DNA of 64,000 nt from the human T2T-CHM13v2.0 reference genome, Homo sapiens, in the NCBI RefSeq assembly GCF_009914755.1, contig NC_060948.1. The stretch is one strand, 5' to 3'. Both the position numbers and the translations under genes were made by a program. Below, piece after piece: positions 60,473 through 64,000 of this stretch (positions are counted from its first letter, which is position 1; each line of letters opens with the position of its first letter). The notes beneath the pieces were generated by a model, which saw only the letters and a program-made list of their open reading frames with translations, had not been told where the DNA came from and did not search any database.

Positions 60473-60771
60473 CGGCTGGTGTGATGGCTCACGCCTGTAA
60501 TCCCAGCACTTTGGGAGGCTGAGGCGGGCAGATCACGAGGTCAAGAGACAGAGACCATCCTGGCCAACATGGCGAAACCCCGTCTCTACTAAAAATACAA
60601 AAAGTAGCTGGGCGTGGTGGTGCGCACCTGTAATCCCAGCTACTCGGGAAGCTGAGGCAGGAGAATCACTTGAACCTGGAGGCGGAGGTTGCAGTGAGCC
60701 GAGATCTGGCCACTGCACTCCAGCCTGGTGACAGAGTGAGACTCCGTCTCAAAACAAACAAAGAAAAGAAA
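60473..60771 (+). mobile_element. Alu (AluSc-like)
   Basis: GATCACGAGGTCAAGAGA; A-rich tail. Confidence 0.93.
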
Positions 60772-61213
60772 GTAGAGGAATAAAAGAATGGCTAGTCCAC
60801 ATGCAGAGCAGCCCTGAAGGCTGCTGGTGGGCCATTGTTATGGTTGTTTCTTGATGATATGCTAAACGAGAGGTGAATTATTCATGCCTCCTGTTTTTAG
60901 ACCATAGAGGGTAATTTCCTGATGTTGCCATGGCATTAGTAAACTGTCATGGTGCTTGGTGGGAGTGTAGCAGTGAGGATGACCAGAGGTCACTCTCATC
61001 ACCATCTTGGTTTTGGTGGGGTTTGGCCAGCTTCTTTACTCCAACCTGTTTTATCAGCTAGGTCTTTGTGACCTGTAGCTTGTGTTGCCTTCCTATCTCA
61101 TCCTGTGTCTTAGAATGCCTAACCTCCCAAGAATACAGCCCAGTAGGTCTCAGCCTTGTTTTACCCAGCCCCTATTCAAGATGGAGTTGCTATGGTTCAA
61201 ACACCCTCTGACA
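60772..61213 (-). mobile_element. MER41A-like LTR, 3'-truncated at the Alu tail
   Basis: Homologous to 55680-56162; ends CCTCTGACA. Confidence 0.87.
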
Positions 61214-61218
61214 CTGCC

Positions 61219-61573
61219 TGTATTAGTCTGTATTTATGCTGCTGATAAAGACATACTCGAGACTGGGAAGAAAAAGAGGTTTAATTGGACTTACAGTTCC
61301 ACATGGCTGGGGAGGCCTCAGAATCATGGCGGGAGGCAAAAGGCACTTCTTACATGGCGGGGGCAAGAGAAAAGTGAGGAAGAAGCAAAAGCCGAAACCT
61401 CTGATAAACCCATCAGATCTTGTGAGGCGTATTCACTATCACAAGAATAGCATGGGAAAGACCATTCCCCCATGATTCAATTACTGCCCCTGGGTCCCTC
61501 CCACAACATGTGGGAATTCTGGGAGATAGAATTCAAGTTAAGATTTGGGTGGGGACACAGCCAAACCACATCA
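61219..61573 (-). mobile_element. THE1 solo LTR
   Basis: TGTATTAGTC...CAGCCAAACCACATCA; TSD CTGCC/CTGTC. Confidence 0.92.
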
Positions 61574-61591
61574 CTGTCATTTTGTAAAAGA

Positions 61592-62108
61592 TGTGCATTT
61601 TTGTCTTCTCCGGTTGCCATAACAAATCACCACCAATTTTGTGGCTTTAAAAGAACAGAAATGTAGTGTCTTCTGATTCTGGAGTTCAGAAGCCTGAAAT
61701 TAGTATTGCTGGGCTAACACCCAGTTGTTGTCAGAGCTGATTCCTTCTGGAGTCTCCAGAGCAGAACCTACTCCCTTTCCTTTTGAAGCTTGTAGAGGCT
61801 GTTTTGCCATGCCTTGGCTTGTAGCCCCTTCCTCTACCTTAAAGACATCAGCACATTTCCCTCCTCTCAGACCTCTGTTTCTATCCCCACATCTCCTTGT
61901 CTGACTCTGACCCTCGTGCGTCCTCTTTCCGGTATAAGGGTGCTTGTGATGACATTGAGATACCCTCATTATGATCCAGGATAATCCTCTCATCTTAAAA
62001 TCCTTAATCACTTTTGCAAAGTCACTTTTGCCATATAAGGTCACATATTCACAGATTTCAGGGATTAGGATGTGGGCGTCATTGGGGCCATTATTCTGTC
62101 TATCACAT
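61592..62108 (-). mobile_element. MLT1C-like solo LTR
   Basis: GTTGCCATAACAAATCACCAC; ATCCAGGATAATC; GCCATATAAGGTCACATATTCACAG. Confidence 0.85.
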
Positions 62109-62550
62109 GGAGATTAGGATGTGGACATCTTTGGGGCCATTATTCTGTCTCCCACATGGGGATTAGGACATGGACATCTTTGGGGGTCATTATTCTGTCT
62201 CCCACATGGGGATTAGGACATGGACCTCTTTGGGTGTCATTATTCTGTCTACCACATGGGGATTAGAATGTGGACCTCTTTGGGGGACATTATTCTTTCT
62301 ACCACATGGGGATTAGAATGTGGACATCTTTGGGGGACATTATTCTGTCTACCACATGGGGATTAGGACGTGGACATCTTTGGGGCCATCACCTGTCTAC
62401 TACATGGAGATTAGGACATGGACATTTGGGGGGTCATTATTCTGTCTACCACATTAGGATTAGGATGTTGACATCTCTGGAGCCATTATGTTGTCTATCA
62501 CATGCGGATGAGGACATGGACATCACTGGGGCCATCACTTTTTCTACCAG
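62060..62550. repeat. ~50-bp minisatellite (about 9-10 copies) derived from the MLT1C 5' terminus
   Basis: Unit GGGGATTAGGACATGGACATCTTTGGGGGTCATTATTCTGTCTACCACAT. Confidence 0.93.
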
Positions 62551-62979
62551 AAGAGGAAAGAGTATTGGGTTTAGGGTGAGGGGACATAAGTATGTGGTCC
62601 CAGAACTACCATTGGTTAGCTCATTACACTGGACAATGGACCTTGCCTCTAGGTCCTTGGGTCCTACATCTGTATTGTAGGGGTAATCCATCCTACATCA
62701 GATCTATGGTATTCAAGTAACGGGAACAGGCTAATACAGTCAGCCACTCAAAATGGCTTCATAACATCCTTAAGCTATGGAACCATGAGCCAGACATATC
62801 TGATTTGACAAAATTAAGATAAGGGTCAGAAAACTTTCTCTTCTGGCTCTCTGAAGCAAAGCCTTTATTTTGATCTGTCTAGCTGTCAATGTCTTTCCAT
62901 TTTCAAATCACAGTTACCAGTCTTTCACCTTTACATGTATTTTAATGGCTTAACATCATTAATATCAGCAGGAAATTGA

Positions 62980-63273
62980 TTTTTTTTTTTTTAGATGGAG
63001 TTTCGCTCTTGTCACCCAGGCTGGAGTGCAATGGCGCGATCTTGGCTCACCACAGCCCCCACCTCCAGGGTTCAAGTGACTCTCCTGCCTCAGCCTCCTG
63101 AGTAGCTGGGATTACAGGCATGCACCACCATACCCGGCTAATTTTTGTATTTTTAGTAGAGATGGGGTTTCTCCATGTTGGCCAGTCTGATCTCGAACTC
63201 CCAACCTCAGGTGATCCGCCCACCTAAGCCTCCCAAAGTGCTGGGATTACAGTCGTCAGCCACTGTGCTCGGC
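62980..63273 (-). mobile_element. Alu
   Basis: TSD GCAGGAAATTG. Confidence 0.95.
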
Positions 63274-64000
63274 AGGAAATTGTTTTTACTAAGAGACCGC
63301 TGAGCCAGTGTGGAGAGGGATCAACATGAAAACATGATGGCATTTGAATATTATTTTCCAAAATCAGATTATCCCTTTAAACACACGTTTCTCTAACTCA
63401 TGGGAGGCCAATGTCAGTCATGACATGAAATTATATTTCCCACATTGCATCTTAGACTAGAACTTCTATAAATCTGCAAGCCAAAAAAACAGAACTTCCA
63501 AGGCTCCATAGCAAAGTAACCAAGCCAACCCCATACTCACCTAGAATCGACTCTCTACAGCTGTGTTCATTCATCACACTCATTACTTCCAAATTGGATG
63601 TTTTTTTCTCCAACAGGCTCAATGACTACTTAATTTACATTCCAGCCACAAAATCAAGCCTCTGATCTTACCTACTCCTGTGTCAGGCATAAACGTAATT
63701 ACGAATACAAAGTATTGCAGATTAGGTAATGCATTCAGTCTAGGATGGAAGACTCAGGTTGTACTTGGTGAGGGAAAGCGTTTACAACACCTGTCTACTG
63801 GATTTAAACATGCAGCTGCCATTGGGGTTAGGGTTGGAAATTTCCATATCACTGGTAGCTGAGTTCCTGACTAGTTGGGATAATCAAGGGTAGTTGAGAG
63901 CCAAGTACTTAATGATTATCTCCACTCTGCAAATGACCAATGTCTTGTGGCATACATTACCCAAACTTCTCATTCTACTTGGAATACTCCTTCTGTAGCA

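Overview
Primate (human-like) nuclear DNA, not prokaryotic. The only protein-coding sequence I can support is exon 1 of DHRSX on the minus strand (ATG at 7672, 36 codons plus 1 nt, GT donor after 7564). It sits in a CpG island. From recall of the human annotation, this places the window in pseudoautosomal region 1 (Xp22.33/Yp11.3), where ZBED1 is nested in DHRSX intron 1 and its coding exon would lie left of base 1. A second strong minus-strand donor at 7058/7057 marks a likely alternative non-coding first exon. Bases 1-7563 are intron 1; bases >7750 are upstream/intergenic. The window is dominated by about 60 Alus, about 20 solo LTRs (THE1/MST/MLT1/MLT2, MER4, MER41, MER57 and others), L1 3' fragments, one MER1A hAT element and many locally amplified tandem repeats. 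These include an (ATT)n-spaced satellite, a promoter G-rich VNTR, a 1.1-kb CAT/CAC/CCT triplet array and two minisatellites made from MLT1 segments. Nearly all other ORFs in the track are Alu-, LTR- or repeat-derived. I found no convincing new biological system. The best leads are the two-first-exon DHRSX/ZBED1 promoter with its VNTR, and the repeated signs of local duplication. Repeat subfamily names come from memory of consensus sequences. Boundaries are approximate unless TSDs are quoted.
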